From a virus (Duplodnaviria; Caudoviricetes): DNA of 58,852 bases. Location of the stretch: positions 1-58,852 of IMG/VR virus record IMGVR_UViG_3300020463_000023; one strand, given 5' to 3'. The position numbers and the translations under genes are program-made. Below the pieces are notes generated by a model that was not told where the DNA came from, made no database searches, and saw only the letters and a program-made list of their open reading frames with translations. Positions 27,177 to 37,467 of the stretch are shown here, piece by piece; position 1 is the stretch's first letter, and each line of letters opens with the position of its first letter.

Positions 27177-27881
27177 ATGAAGATACCAAAAGATGTCCTA
27201 GACGACAAGGGCATTGTATACAATCAGAAATACCCGTACAGAGAACTATCCAGGGTAACTAAGAATCACAAGAGACACTACGCCACCCCAGATGGCAGAC
27301 AGGTACCATCAGTGACCACCGTGCTGAGTGCCACCAAAGATATGACACATTTACACGCATGGCGTAAAAGGATTGGTGTGGAGAAGGCACAGCAGATCAC
27401 CACAGAGAGTGCAAATATAGGAACGGTGATGCACCGTAGCCTGGAGAAGCATGTTAAAGGTGAGGACAGAACTCCCGGCTCAAATCTTATACAGCAGAAA
27501 GCACACCGGATGGCCAACGTTATTATTGACAATGGTCTGAATAATGTAAGTGAAGTATGGGGATCAGAGGTATCACTGTACTACCCGGAACTGTATGCAG
27601 GCACAACTGACCTGGTTGGTGTGTACAAGGGCGAACCAGCCATAATGGATTTCAAACAAGCTCGTAGACTGAAGAAGAAAGAGTGGGTGGAAGATTACTA
27701 TCTGCAACTGGTGGCATACGCAGAAGCACACAACAAACAATATGATACACAGATCAAGACAGGCCGTATTTTCATATGCACACAGGCCAACGAGTATCAA
27801 ACATTTGACATAGACAACTACGACCAGTGGGTAGGCAAGTGGTACGCAAAATTGGAGCAATACTACAAGTTAATACTGTAA
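27177..27881 (+). CDS. PD-(D/E)xK (Cas4/RecB-like) exonuclease
   Basis: PSVTTVL, GT.MH, E, YAGTTD, DFK, QL.AYA; TTGACA-N17-TATAAT at 27142-27170 suggests start 27177 rather than 27171. Confidence 0.85.
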   Translation: MKIPKDVLDDKGIVYNQKYPYRELSRVTKNHKRHYATPDGRQVPSVTTVLSATKDMTHLHAWRKRIGVEKAQQITTESANIGTVMHRSLEKHVKGEDRTPGSNLIQQKAHRMANVIIDNGLNNVSEVWGSEVSLYYPELYAGTTDLVGVYKGEPAIMDFKQARRLKKKEWVEDYYLQLVAYAEAHNKQYDTQIKTGRIFICTQANEYQTFDIDNYDQWVGKWYAKLEQYYKLIL

Positions 27882-27894
27882 TAAATAACTGTAT

Positions 27895-29490
27895 ATGCCG
27901 ATAGTACAGATATCTAGAATACAACACAGACGTGGAAAACGAACAGATCTGCCTCAATTGGCCGCGGGTGAACTGGGTTGGGTAGTTGACGAACAGAGAT
28001 TATTCATTGGAAACGGTACCGTGGCAGACGGTGCACCAGCGGTGGGAAACACGGAAATCGTTACTGAAGGCAGTTCAGCATTCACAACGGCATTGAGCCA
28101 CACCTACAAAGGCTACCTCGGTGACAGCACACCAGTTGGCACAGCACAACAGAGAACACTACAACAGAGATTAGATGACTATGTGTCTGTGAAAGACTTT
28201 GGTGCAACAGGTGATGACAGCACAGCAGACGTGACAGCGATACAGAATGCAATAGATGAAATTTACAAAGACACAGACAAGAATGACACAAGATCAAGGA
28301 GAGTGCTTTTCTTTCCGGCAGGCACATACAAGATAAACACCGCACTCAAAATCCCACCATTCGCACACTTGGTAGGTGAAGGACCAGACAAGACCATAAT
28401 TAAGAATTCAGGCAACAACGCTGTGATGGTTACACAGGACGACGATGGTAACGTTGGCGCTGACATAGGTAACTCAGGCGCTACAATCCCACAGCAAATA
28501 CAAATCTCAAACATGACGTTAAGGAACACGGTTGCCTATGGTGGCATATCTCTTGATAGGGCTACAAGTGTTTACATAAACAATGTTAAATTTCGTGGAT
28601 CATACGCCACTGGGGCAGATGCCTCAACATCAAAAGGTGTCACAGTAAATCATTCTAACGCAACATTAGAGACAAATCGTGTGACATTTAATCAATGCCA
28701 ATTCACAAGTTTTGCTAGATTGGTAGACATCAGTTTCAACGCAACAAACATTAGATTCCAAGCATGTGATTTTTCAACTGCATTTCATGGAGCTCTACTT
28801 GGTGCAGAGATGGACGGTAGTACGGCAGGATTGAATGAGGGACCAAGGGACGTGCAATTTGTAAGTTCAAGTTGGAGCAATATAGGACAGCAGGCCATAT
28901 TGGTAGCACCAGCGACAGGTGCCACAGACGGCGCAGGTCCAAGACACATAGTTTCACACGCTAACTTCTATTCAAAGGATGTAGGAAACAACTTCCAAGG
29001 AACAGGCACATTCGGTGAAGTTCCAGTAATACAGTTTGACAACGACGAATGCACATCTGTACAAGACTTCTTTGAAAGAACAGACCTAAGACAATCAGAT
29101 GGCAGTTCAAACTTGAATGCCGCACCAGAGGTCCAGGGAATAGGTGTATCATCTAAGTTGATTAAATCACAGACTTTACCTGACAACACATCGTCGGCCA
29201 CTACGATAAACGAATATCCAGCACTTACAAGTAAAGGAATATCAATAAAGTATAAAATTACTAGAGGGACTCTTGATAGGACAGGTGAATTTATTATCAG
29301 TGCATCTACGACAGCAGTAGGTTTCGATGATACATTCACAGAAAGCGGTGCTGATGTTGGTGTCACACTGTCAGCGGTACTAGACGACAAAGATTCCACG
29401 GCTGGTAATGAGACAGTTGCATTTAAATTCGTAACTACAAGCACAGGTACTGCCGCAACAATAGATTACCAGACAACAATCATAGCATAA
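27895..29490 (+). CDS. tail fibre/baseplate protein with pectate-lyase-like beta helix
   Basis: IQHRRG..LPQLAAGELGW..RLFIG N-domain; VSVKDFGATGD..AIQ.AID..FFPAGTY. Confidence 0.8.
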   Translation: MPIVQISRIQHRRGKRTDLPQLAAGELGWVVDEQRLFIGNGTVADGAPAVGNTEIVTEGSSAFTTALSHTYKGYLGDSTPVGTAQQRTLQQRLDDYVSVKDFGATGDDSTADVTAIQNAIDEIYKDTDKNDTRSRRVLFFPAGTYKINTALKIPPFAHLVGEGPDKTIIKNSGNNAVMVTQDDDGNVGADIGNSGATIPQQIQISNMTLRNTVAYGGISLDRATSVYINNVKFRGSYATGADASTSKGVTVNHSNATLETNRVTFNQCQFTSFARLVDISFNATNIRFQACDFSTAFHGALLGAEMDGSTAGLNEGPRDVQFVSSSWSNIGQQAILVAPATGATDGAGPRHIVSHANFYSKDVGNNFQGTGTFGEVPVIQFDNDECTSVQDFFERTDLRQSDGSSNLNAAPEVQGIGVSSKLIKSQTLPDNTSSATTINEYPALTSKGISIKYKITRGTLDRTGEFIISASTTAVGFDDTFTESGADVGVTLSAVLDDKDSTAGNETVAFKFVTTSTGTAATIDYQTTIIA

Positions 29491-29632
29491 TTTTTCACAA
29501 ACAGATAGACAGAAAACTTTTTTTGTCGTAATATTAGTACATTATAAAATTACATAACGACGCTGTAATTTTATTCGTACGAAGGGTAAGCAGAAAACTA
29601 AAAAAAAATTAAACACACGGATTTAGATAAAT

Positions 29633-32035
29633 ATGGATACAACAAAAACAAAAATCAAAAATAAAAATTACAAATACTTAATGCCGAACAACAACTCTAG
29701 TACGATCAAAGTCCAAAAAAGAGATGGCCGGCTGGAGAACCTTGACATCAATAAAATCCATTTCGTCGTTGAAGAGGCGTGTGAAGGACTTACTGGAGTA
29801 TCTTCTTCTCAGATAGAGATGAATGCCAACATACAGTTCTATGACGGCATGACCACAAAAGATATACAGAATGTTTTAGTTCGTTCGGCAAATGATCTTA
29901 TCAGTTTGGAGTCGCCAAACTATCAGTACGCCGCGGCTAGACTTCTTTCCTATGACGTGAGAAAGGAAGCACATGGTCAGTACGAATACATTCCTCTACT
30001 TAAACTTATTTTAAGAAATATCAGATCAGGTGTGTATGACAAAGGCATACTGGACAAGTATTCCAAGACTGAAATCAAGAAGTTCAACACATGGATCAAA
30101 CGAGAAAGAGATCTTAAATTCACTTACGCAGGTCTTAGGCAGATATGTGACAAGTATCTGGTACAGGACAGAAGCACTGGCCAACTTTACGAGACACCGC
30201 AGGACATGTACATGATGATCGCGGCCACACTGTTCGCGGAGTACCCAACGAAAACGAGGATGAGTTATGTTAAAAAATATTATGACGCAATCAGTCTACA
30301 CAAAATCAATATACCAACTCCTGTTATGGCTGGTGTTAGGACTCCTATTCGTCAGTTTGCTAGTTGTGTCCTCGTGGATTCAGACGATACTCTCCCTAGT
30401 ATATTTTCTAGTGATATGGCTATCGGACTTTATGTTGCACGTAGGGCCGGTATTGGAATCAATGCAGGGCGTATCAGAGGCATAAACTCTAAGATAAGGG
30501 GAGGGGAGGTCCAACACACAGGAGTCATTCCGTTCCTAAAGAAATTCGAATCCACTGTGAGATGTTGCACACAGAATGGTGTGCGTGGTGGAAACGCAAC
30601 TGTACACTTCCCAATATGGCATCCTGAAATAGAAGACATCCTTGTGCTTAAGAACAACAAAGGCACAGAAGACAACAGAGTGAGAAGAATGGATTACTCG
30701 ATACAAATCAGCAAAATGTTCTATGAGAGATTCATGAACGAAGAGGACATAACACTTATCTCTCCACATCAGGCTCCAGGACTCTACGAAGCGTTTGGCA
30801 CTGATGAGTTTGACGACTTGTACTTGAAGTATGAGGCAGACAAAACAATTCCAAAGAAAACAGTGCCAGCACAGGACCTGTTCTTTGATCTTTTAAAAGA
30901 GAGAGCAGAAACAGGCAGGATCTACATAATGAACTTGGATCACTGTAACTCTCACAGTTCATTCAAAGACAAAGTTTCAATGAGTAACCTGTGTCAAGAA
31001 ATAACACTGCCAACCACACCCATACAGGACATACACGACGAGCAGGGAGAGATTGCACTCTGTATACTGTCAGCGGTCAATGTAGGTGGACTCAATGATT
31101 TGAGTGAATTAGAAAACATCTGTGACCTAAGTGTTAGAGCACTGGAACAAATCATAGACTATCAAGACTATCCAGTTAAGGCGGCAGAGGTAAGCACAAA
31201 GAAAAGAAGAAGTTTAGGAATTGGATATATTGGACTGGCACACTACATCGCAAAACATGGCGTCAAGTATTCAGATCCAAAGGCTTGGGAGTTGGTAGAC
31301 AGACTTTCTGAAGCATTCCAATACAACCTATTGAGAGCAAGTTGCAACATAGCAATGGAGAAAGGCAAGTGTGAAGGATTTGAAAGAACAAAATATGCAG
31401 ACGGACTACTACCGATTGATCACTATAAAAAAGAAGTGGATGAGATTGTACCACACAAACAGAGAATGGCATGGGAAAGTCTAAGGAAAGACATTGCCAA
31501 GTATGGACTAAGACATAGTACACTGTCAGCACAGATGCCAAGTGAAAGTAGTTCTGTGGTTTCAAATGAGACAAATGGCATAGAACCACCAAGAGCATTG
31601 TTGGCAATCAAGAAAAGCAAGAAAGGTCCACTGAAGCAGATAGCACCAGGGTTCCCTAAACTTAAAAATGATTACACACTGTTATGGGATATGCCAAACA
31701 ATACAGGTTACATCAATGTTGTAGCAATGATGCAGAAATATTTTGACCAGGCCATATCAGGCAACTGGAGTTATAACCCATTACAGCATGAAAACAACGA
31801 AGTGCCTCTTTCGGCCATGGCACAGGACATGCTTACAGCATACAAGTATGGGTGGAAGACGAGTTATTATCAGAACACATACGATTTCAAAGGGGAGGAA
31901 GAGGATGTACAACCAGCGGGCATAGCCGCACAATTAGAAGACGACGGAGAGGATGTTATTCTCGAACCTGAAAATCCAATTGAGCAGATAAGTAGTACCG
32001 CAGACGACGGTGAGTGCGACGCCTGTACAATCTAA
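29633..32035 (+). CDS. nrdA: class Ia ribonucleotide reductase alpha subunit
   Basis: ATP cone (VQKRDG), PTPVMAG, ASC, SNLCQEI, QMPSESSS, KTSYY, C-terminal CDAC; true start may be 29681. Confidence 0.97.
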   Translation: MDTTKTKIKNKNYKYLMPNNNSSTIKVQKRDGRLENLDINKIHFVVEEACEGLTGVSSSQIEMNANIQFYDGMTTKDIQNVLVRSANDLISLESPNYQYAAARLLSYDVRKEAHGQYEYIPLLKLILRNIRSGVYDKGILDKYSKTEIKKFNTWIKRERDLKFTYAGLRQICDKYLVQDRSTGQLYETPQDMYMMIAATLFAEYPTKTRMSYVKKYYDAISLHKINIPTPVMAGVRTPIRQFASCVLVDSDDTLPSIFSSDMAIGLYVARRAGIGINAGRIRGINSKIRGGEVQHTGVIPFLKKFESTVRCCTQNGVRGGNATVHFPIWHPEIEDILVLKNNKGTEDNRVRRMDYSIQISKMFYERFMNEEDITLISPHQAPGLYEAFGTDEFDDLYLKYEADKTIPKKTVPAQDLFFDLLKERAETGRIYIMNLDHCNSHSSFKDKVSMSNLCQEITLPTTPIQDIHDEQGEIALCILSAVNVGGLNDLSELENICDLSVRALEQIIDYQDYPVKAAEVSTKKRRSLGIGYIGLAHYIAKHGVKYSDPKAWELVDRLSEAFQYNLLRASCNIAMEKGKCEGFERTKYADGLLPIDHYKKEVDEIVPHKQRMAWESLRKDIAKYGLRHSTLSAQMPSESSSVVSNETNGIEPPRALLAIKKSKKGPLKQIAPGFPKLKNDYTLLWDMPNNTGYINVVAMMQKYFDQAISGNWSYNPLQHENNEVPLSAMAQDMLTAYKYGWKTSYYQNTYDFKGEEEDVQPAGIAAQLEDDGEDVILEPENPIEQISSTADDGECDACTI

Positions 32036-32047
32036 CATTATAAAATT

Positions 32048-33151
32048 ATGACGACAAAAACAGTTTTTAACCAGGAGAAAGTTGACTTTACTAAACAGCC
32101 TATGTTCTTTGGCGAGGACGGTGGCATACAGAGATATGACGAGTTCAAGTATCCACAGTTCGACAAACTGAATCAAACAATGATAGGTTACTTTTGGAGG
32201 CCTGAGGAAGTTAGTTTGCAGAAAGACAGAGCAGACTTCATGAACTTCAGACCAGAACAGAAACACATATTCACATCAAACTTGAAATACCAAACACTGT
32301 TGGATTCTGTACAGGGCAGAGGACCAAGTCTTATGTTCTTGCCATATGTTAGCAATCCAGAACTGGAAGGTTGCATAGTGACCTGGGATTTCTTTGAAAC
32401 AATACACTCACGTTCATACACACACATCATGAAGAATGTTTACAGTGATCCCTCAGAAGTTTTTGACACTATCTTACAAGACAAAGAGATTCTAAAGAGA
32501 GCAAAGAGTGTCACAGGTGAGTATGACAAGTTTGGTAGCATGGCATTGGATTATGCTGTGGGCAAGAAAGTGGACATGTTGGCTCTCAAGAAACAACTTT
32601 ACCTAGCAATGAACACAGTTAACCTACTAGAAGGTCTGAGATTCTACATATCGTTTGCCTGCACATTCGCATTTGGTGAACTGAAACTCATGGAAGGTTC
32701 AGCAAAGATACTTTCATTGATAGCAAGGGACGAAGCAACACACTTGAACCTTTCCACACACGTGATCAAGGCATGGCAAAAAGGTGATGATCCGGAAATG
32801 ACCAAGGCCATGAAAGGCACAGAGAAGACAGTGATACAGATGTTCAAGGACTGTGTCGAAGAAGAGAAAGCATGGGCCAAGTACCTTTTCAAAGATGGTT
32901 CTATAATAGGACTCAATGAGAAACTGTTGGGCAACTACGTTGAATGGATTGCCAACAAGAGACTGAGAGCACTGGGATATGATCCACTATACGACATATC
33001 AGCATCAGCAAACCCACTTCCATGGACGCAACACTGGCTATCATCAAAAGGTATGCAGGTGGCACCACAGGAAACAGAAGTAGAGTCATACATAGTTGGC
33101 GGCATCAAACAGGATGTCAAGAAAGGTCAATTCAGCAAGTTCAAACTTTAG
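32048..33151 (+). CDS. nrdB: class Ia ribonucleotide reductase beta subunit
   Basis: FWRPEE, LDSVQGR, ETIHSRSY, LEGLRFY, RDEATH, VAPQETE..SY. Confidence 0.97.
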   Translation: MTTKTVFNQEKVDFTKQPMFFGEDGGIQRYDEFKYPQFDKLNQTMIGYFWRPEEVSLQKDRADFMNFRPEQKHIFTSNLKYQTLLDSVQGRGPSLMFLPYVSNPELEGCIVTWDFFETIHSRSYTHIMKNVYSDPSEVFDTILQDKEILKRAKSVTGEYDKFGSMALDYAVGKKVDMLALKKQLYLAMNTVNLLEGLRFYISFACTFAFGELKLMEGSAKILSLIARDEATHLNLSTHVIKAWQKGDDPEMTKAMKGTEKTVIQMFKDCVEEEKAWAKYLFKDGSIIGLNEKLLGNYVEWIANKRLRALGYDPLYDISASANPLPWTQHWLSSKGMQVAPQETEVESYIVGGIKQDVKKGQFSKFKL

Positions 33152-33162
33152 AATTTATACAC

Positions 33163-34416
33163 ATGGATAGTAAAGATTACAAACCGGTCAACACGAACAA
33201 GGTTAAAGAGAATTCTTCTCCATTCAAAGGTCCATTGGGATGGTTGGACAACAGACTCCCTATATTCAGAATGTTCAAACATGAGTACTTGGACTTCCAG
33301 GTACCAAAGAATCTAAATTACTTTTGGAGTTTTGGGGCGATACTAACATTTACTTTGCTCGGTTTGATAGCCACAGGCCTGGTGTTAGGAATGCATTACA
33401 AACCTAGTGTCGCAGAAGCATTTGATAGTGTTGAGAAGATAATGAGAGATGTAAATGGTGGTTGGTTGTTGCGATACGCACACATGAATTTGGCATCATT
33501 CTTTTTTATTGCGGTCTATATCCATATGTTCCGCGGATTATACTTTGGTTCGTACAAAGAACCAAGGCAGTTGATGTGGATATTTGGAATCATTATATAT
33601 TTTTTAATGATGGCCACTGCTTTCCTTGGATATGTTTTACCATGGGGACAGATGAGTTATTGGGGAGCAACCGTAATCACAAGTCTATTCGGAGCCATAC
33701 CTCTAGTTGGAGACTCGATAGTTACATTATTGTGGGGCGATTACTCTGTCGGCGATGCCTTCCTTAATAGGGCATTTATACTGCATTGGCTGATTGCTTT
33801 CATTATAGTTTTGGTTGTTGTATTTCATGTCATTGCTTTGCACATGACTGGATCAAACAATCCCACAGGTGTTGAACCAAAGGACACTAGGGACACGGTA
33901 TCATTCCACCCGTACGTCACTATGAAAGACATGTACGCCTTCTTGGTTTTCCTATTGGTGTTCATGGCATTTTTGTTGTACATGCCAAACATACTGGGAC
34001 ATCCTGACAACTACATAGAAGCCAATCCAATGGTAACACCAGCACACATTGTACCAGAATGGTATTTCTTACCATGGTATGCAGTGCTTAGAGCGATTCC
34101 TGACAAACTGGGAGGTGTAATTGCTATGGTATCTGCCATAGGTGTAATGGCCTTGTTACCTTGGCTTGACACCAGCAAAATTAGATCTTCGATTTACAGG
34201 CCAATATGGAAACAGTTTACTTGGTTCGTGGTAGGCGATTTTTTCTTGTTGATGTACTGTGGAGCCATGCCAGCGGAAGGCCTATGGATTTTGTTGAGCA
34301 GAATAGGTACTGGTTATTGGTTCCTTTATTTCCTAGTGCTGGCCCCCGTCGTGGGATGGCTTGAAAAACCCCAATTGATACCAGACGCTATACACCTTGC
34401 AGATAAGAAAAAATAG
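33163..34416 (+). CDS. petB: cytochrome b of the bc1 complex
   Basis: RYAHMN..YIH and ILHW..VFH heme His pairs, PWGQMSYWGATVIT, TPAHIVPEWYF, PDKLGGV; start reassigned to ATG 33163. Confidence 0.95.
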   Translation: MDSKDYKPVNTNKVKENSSPFKGPLGWLDNRLPIFRMFKHEYLDFQVPKNLNYFWSFGAILTFTLLGLIATGLVLGMHYKPSVAEAFDSVEKIMRDVNGGWLLRYAHMNLASFFFIAVYIHMFRGLYFGSYKEPRQLMWIFGIIIYFLMMATAFLGYVLPWGQMSYWGATVITSLFGAIPLVGDSIVTLLWGDYSVGDAFLNRAFILHWLIAFIIVLVVVFHVIALHMTGSNNPTGVEPKDTRDTVSFHPYVTMKDMYAFLVFLLVFMAFLLYMPNILGHPDNYIEANPMVTPAHIVPEWYFLPWYAVLRAIPDKLGGVIAMVSAIGVMALLPWLDTSKIRSSIYRPIWKQFTWFVVGDFFLLMYCGAMPAEGLWILLSRIGTGYWFLYFLVLAPVVGWLEKPQLIPDAIHLADKKK

Positions 34417-34443
34417 CAATTTTTGGCATCCATAAATACTTGT

Positions 34444-34749
34444 ATGCCAGCAATATCAAGAGACATAAGAGATTTAGCCAAGACAGGACATGCCTGTACA
34501 AAGTTCATAGGTTGTAAAGCCACAGCAAGGTCGGTGTTCGCCAATGGTTCAAAAGTGTTAAGGCCCGGTGACCCATTGCTACCCCACACCATTCTTGTGT
34601 GTTGTCCACTGAGATGTGAAGGACATCCTGCCGTGATCAACGCAGGATCACGAACAGTTTTCGCAGAGGGCATTCCGGTGGCCAGATTGGGAGACTCCGC
34701 AGACTTTGGAGCATTGATACAAGGTTCGGATAACGTATTCGCAGGATAG
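34444..34749 (+). CDS. PAAR spike-tip protein
   Basis: MPAISR..D..TGH, GS..VF..G.PVARLGD, GS.NVFAG; TAAATA-N5-ATG. Confidence 0.85.
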   Translation: MPAISRDIRDLAKTGHACTKFIGCKATARSVFANGSKVLRPGDPLLPHTILVCCPLRCEGHPAVINAGSRTVFAEGIPVARLGDSADFGALIQGSDNVFAG

Positions 34750-34752
34750 CCC

Positions 34753-35994
34753 ATGACAGTAAACAAAGGATTAGCATCACTGGCGGACAATCAACCAAAC
34801 TTCTCCAACCAGGCATTGGAGAACGCAATCGGCACACTGAAAGTTGGGTGGGTAACAAAAAGTTTTGAATTGGACTCTGTGATAGCCAGTAATGGAGTTC
34901 TCACAACATCGCAGAAGAATGATTTGAAAGATGACATCAACAATGTCACACACCTGAACTTGGGAAGGACTTTGGGAGATCTGATTAGGCACACTGCAAC
35001 GATCATTGACGGCTCGATAATTCCAGGCAACCCTGACATATCATCTGGCCCTAACGGACAGGGCACTTTTATAGAAATCCTAGGATCTGTGCAGGGACTT
35101 CAGATAACAATCCCATCACTCTACGGCGTGCCAGCATCAGACAAATCGAGGTCAGTAAATGATCACCTTGGCATATTGAATAACATCTTCCTCGAGACCG
35201 AAGATAGTTCAGTCCCTGTGTTCACATCGCTGTTAGAATCTATAAATTTTATCGTTACAGCGGATTTGGCCACGGAGACGGCATTGGAGACGGCATACGA
35301 CAATCTCAAAGCATTTATTAACAGCGTGGAAGCGGACTCCACAGACTTCCAACAAACGCTCGACGGATTTGCCACAGCAGTGGCAACGGCACACACTAAT
35401 TTTAACAATGCACTGGCGGCAGAGCCTTTGCTAACACACAAGAACAATCTCATAGCACAGAGAGAAAAGATCAATGTCCAGTTGTCTTTAGAGAACAGCA
35501 ACATTACAGGACTAAGGACGTATCTTGAGTCATTGTCTAACAACCTAGCATTTACGTCCATGGCGTCTGACCCAACGTTGAGAAGACTGATGACCAAGGT
35601 TGCTCAGAACAAGCAATGGCAGACCTACTTTGAGAACTATGAGAACGAACAGGCCAACATGAATCCCCTTTACACGACAAGCACAGACTTAGACAAGAGT
35701 GCTCTGATTGATCAAATTTACGCCAACTCGGGACTACCCGATGTTTTGGAGTCAGTGGATCTTGTGGCTGTGGCGGAAAAGGCACAGAGAGATAACCGGA
35801 TCGACACAGCAGGGTTCGACAGTCTGACCGAATCACAGATCATAACCAAGGCCTGTGATCAGTTGGGTATAACAACTGCCAACCGAGACATCTTTGGTTT
35901 GAGTGAATCGTTACTGAACAGCATGAATCAACATGATAAAGATGAGATAGCAAGGCAATTGGACGCTAACGAATCAGCAAACACCATAAGTTAA
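34753..35994 (+). CDS. probable baseplate/tail protein
   Basis: follows PAAR in a late unit; S/T/N/A-rich helical. Confidence 0.5.
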   Translation: MTVNKGLASLADNQPNFSNQALENAIGTLKVGWVTKSFELDSVIASNGVLTTSQKNDLKDDINNVTHLNLGRTLGDLIRHTATIIDGSIIPGNPDISSGPNGQGTFIEILGSVQGLQITIPSLYGVPASDKSRSVNDHLGILNNIFLETEDSSVPVFTSLLESINFIVTADLATETALETAYDNLKAFINSVEADSTDFQQTLDGFATAVATAHTNFNNALAAEPLLTHKNNLIAQREKINVQLSLENSNITGLRTYLESLSNNLAFTSMASDPTLRRLMTKVAQNKQWQTYFENYENEQANMNPLYTTSTDLDKSALIDQIYANSGLPDVLESVDLVAVAEKAQRDNRIDTAGFDSLTESQIITKACDQLGITTANRDIFGLSESLLNSMNQHDKDEIARQLDANESANTIS

Positions 35995-36704
35995 TGTTTA
36001 AAGAAGTAATAGGCGACTGGCCCTTGTATGACAAATTCATACTGACTTCGTGTGATGAGTCCTATCTCAACAGATACTTTCCAAGATTCTATAAATCCTT
36101 TACACAAAAATGGCAACTACCCATACATGTACATGTAGTAGATCCATCTGCCCTTTCATTGCAAAGGCTACAAAAACTTCAAGTGTCTCACACATACTGT
36201 GAAACGAACGACAGCATACTGAAATGGCCATACTCATACGTGACCTACTGTCAAGCACAACGTTTCATAGTATTGGGACACAAAGTACAGGCCAAACAGC
36301 ACGTGATAGTAGCCGATGTAGATTCGTATGCATTGAAACAACCAAGTGAATCTCAGCGTCATCACCTCTTGAAAGACATGGCATTCACTACGTACAACGA
36401 CAGACTGATGGCCACGTTCTGTCATTTCCATCCAAGCAGAAGAAGTGAAGCACTGCGGGCCGCCGAACAAATGACTGAAAGCATCAAGCACACAGACATG
36501 ATAGGAGTTGATCAAAAAGTCATTAAGAAGTTTTTTGGTAATCTGCCTTACACGGAACTCAAAAATAGCCTATGGATCAGGCACAGAGATATCAAGACAG
36601 AGCAGGACAGGCTGGAGCATCTGGATTGCCTTGTGTATCATGAGAAAGGGACTAGAGGCAAGAACAGAACAGTGGAGACAACATGGACAGATATAGGGTT
36701 ATAG
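35994..36704 (+). CDS. GT-A-like (DxD) protein
   Basis: TSCD..Y, YCQ..RF, VADVD, DQ motif. Confidence 0.5.
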   Translation: MFKEVIGDWPLYDKFILTSCDESYLNRYFPRFYKSFTQKWQLPIHVHVVDPSALSLQRLQKLQVSHTYCETNDSILKWPYSYVTYCQAQRFIVLGHKVQAKQHVIVADVDSYALKQPSESQRHHLLKDMAFTTYNDRLMATFCHFHPSRRSEALRAAEQMTESIKHTDMIGVDQKVIKKFFGNLPYTELKNSLWIRHRDIKTEQDRLEHLDCLVYHEKGTRGKNRTVETTWTDIGL

Positions 36705-37252
36705 AAAAATTTGCAAGGCAAAACAACTGGACACAAGGCCTAGAACTGGGTGTATGGGTCGGGGTGACCACGTTCTGGTTAATGAAGAACACAAACGTGA
36801 ACATGACCTGTGTGGACGCCTGGGAGGTGCAGGACGACAACCCCGAGTACGACTGGCAGTACAACAAGAAGCCTGTGTTCAAAGGCGGGAAACTATTACG
36901 CCTAGAGGAATTCAAACACCAAGGACAGATATGGAATCATAATGCTAATGAACAGAGATTCCGTGCAGATGCTGAACAGTGGAGAGACAGGATCAAAATT
37001 ATCAAGGGAAGATCATTAAATGTACTAGATCAGATACCAGATGACAGCATGGACTTCATATTCCATGATTCTGATCATTCATATCCCTTTGTTAAGAACG
37101 AGATCCAGGCATTCCTGCCTAAACTTAAATCAGGAGGTTACTCCATGGGAGATGATCATAACTGGACACCTGTGGCACAGTCTGTAGACGAAGCATTCAA
37201 AGGAAAGTACAAGGTTACCGGCAAGGATGTTTGGTACGCTGTGAAGGATTAA
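36683..37252 (+). CDS. class I SAM methyltransferase (Methyltransf_24-like)
   Basis: LELGVWVG, VDAW, DFIFHDSDHSY, LK.GG...GDD. Confidence 0.85.
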   Translation: MDRYRVIEKFARQNNWTQGLELGVWVGVTTFWLMKNTNVNMTCVDAWEVQDDNPEYDWQYNKKPVFKGGKLLRLEEFKHQGQIWNHNANEQRFRADAEQWRDRIKIIKGRSLNVLDQIPDDSMDFIFHDSDHSYPFVKNEIQAFLPKLKSGGYSMGDDHNWTPVAQSVDEAFKGKYKVTGKDVWYAVKD

Positions 37253-37458
37253 TCCTCTGTCTTTTTGCAACCTATCTCAATACTTTCATAGGGTTCATTA
37301 TACATTGAGAATATGTCAGTCATTCCATAGAAACGGAACTCAGCATCTCGTTCACATTCATTTAATGTCTGGTATGTGACATTATCGCTATCATCGAAGT
37401 TAGTGCATTGGACTTCGCCGTTGACGAGAATACACATCACCATGAAAAGTTTATACAT
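37249..37458 (-). CDS. small four-Cys exported protein (family member 1)
   Basis: MYKLFMVMC..C..T..EC..C; TAACTA-N5-ATG. Confidence 0.65.
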   Translation of the reverse strand: MYKLFMVMCILVNGEVQCTNFDDSDNVTYQTLNECERDAEFRFYGMTDIFSMYNEPYESIEIGCKKTED

Positions 37459-37467
37459 AATAATAGT

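Noticed and set aside
27177-27881. Cas4 as a sign of a CRISPR system
   Set aside because: No Fe-S Cys cluster, no array and no other cas genes; a stand-alone phage exonuclease.
29633-33151. Introns or inteins in nrdA/nrdB
   Set aside because: Both frames are continuous and of normal length.
33022-33162. nrdB-overlapping N-terminal extension of cytochrome b (fusion or frameshift)
   Set aside because: nrdB ends normally at 33151, the extension is not protein-like, and ATG 33163 gives a normal-length cytochrome b.
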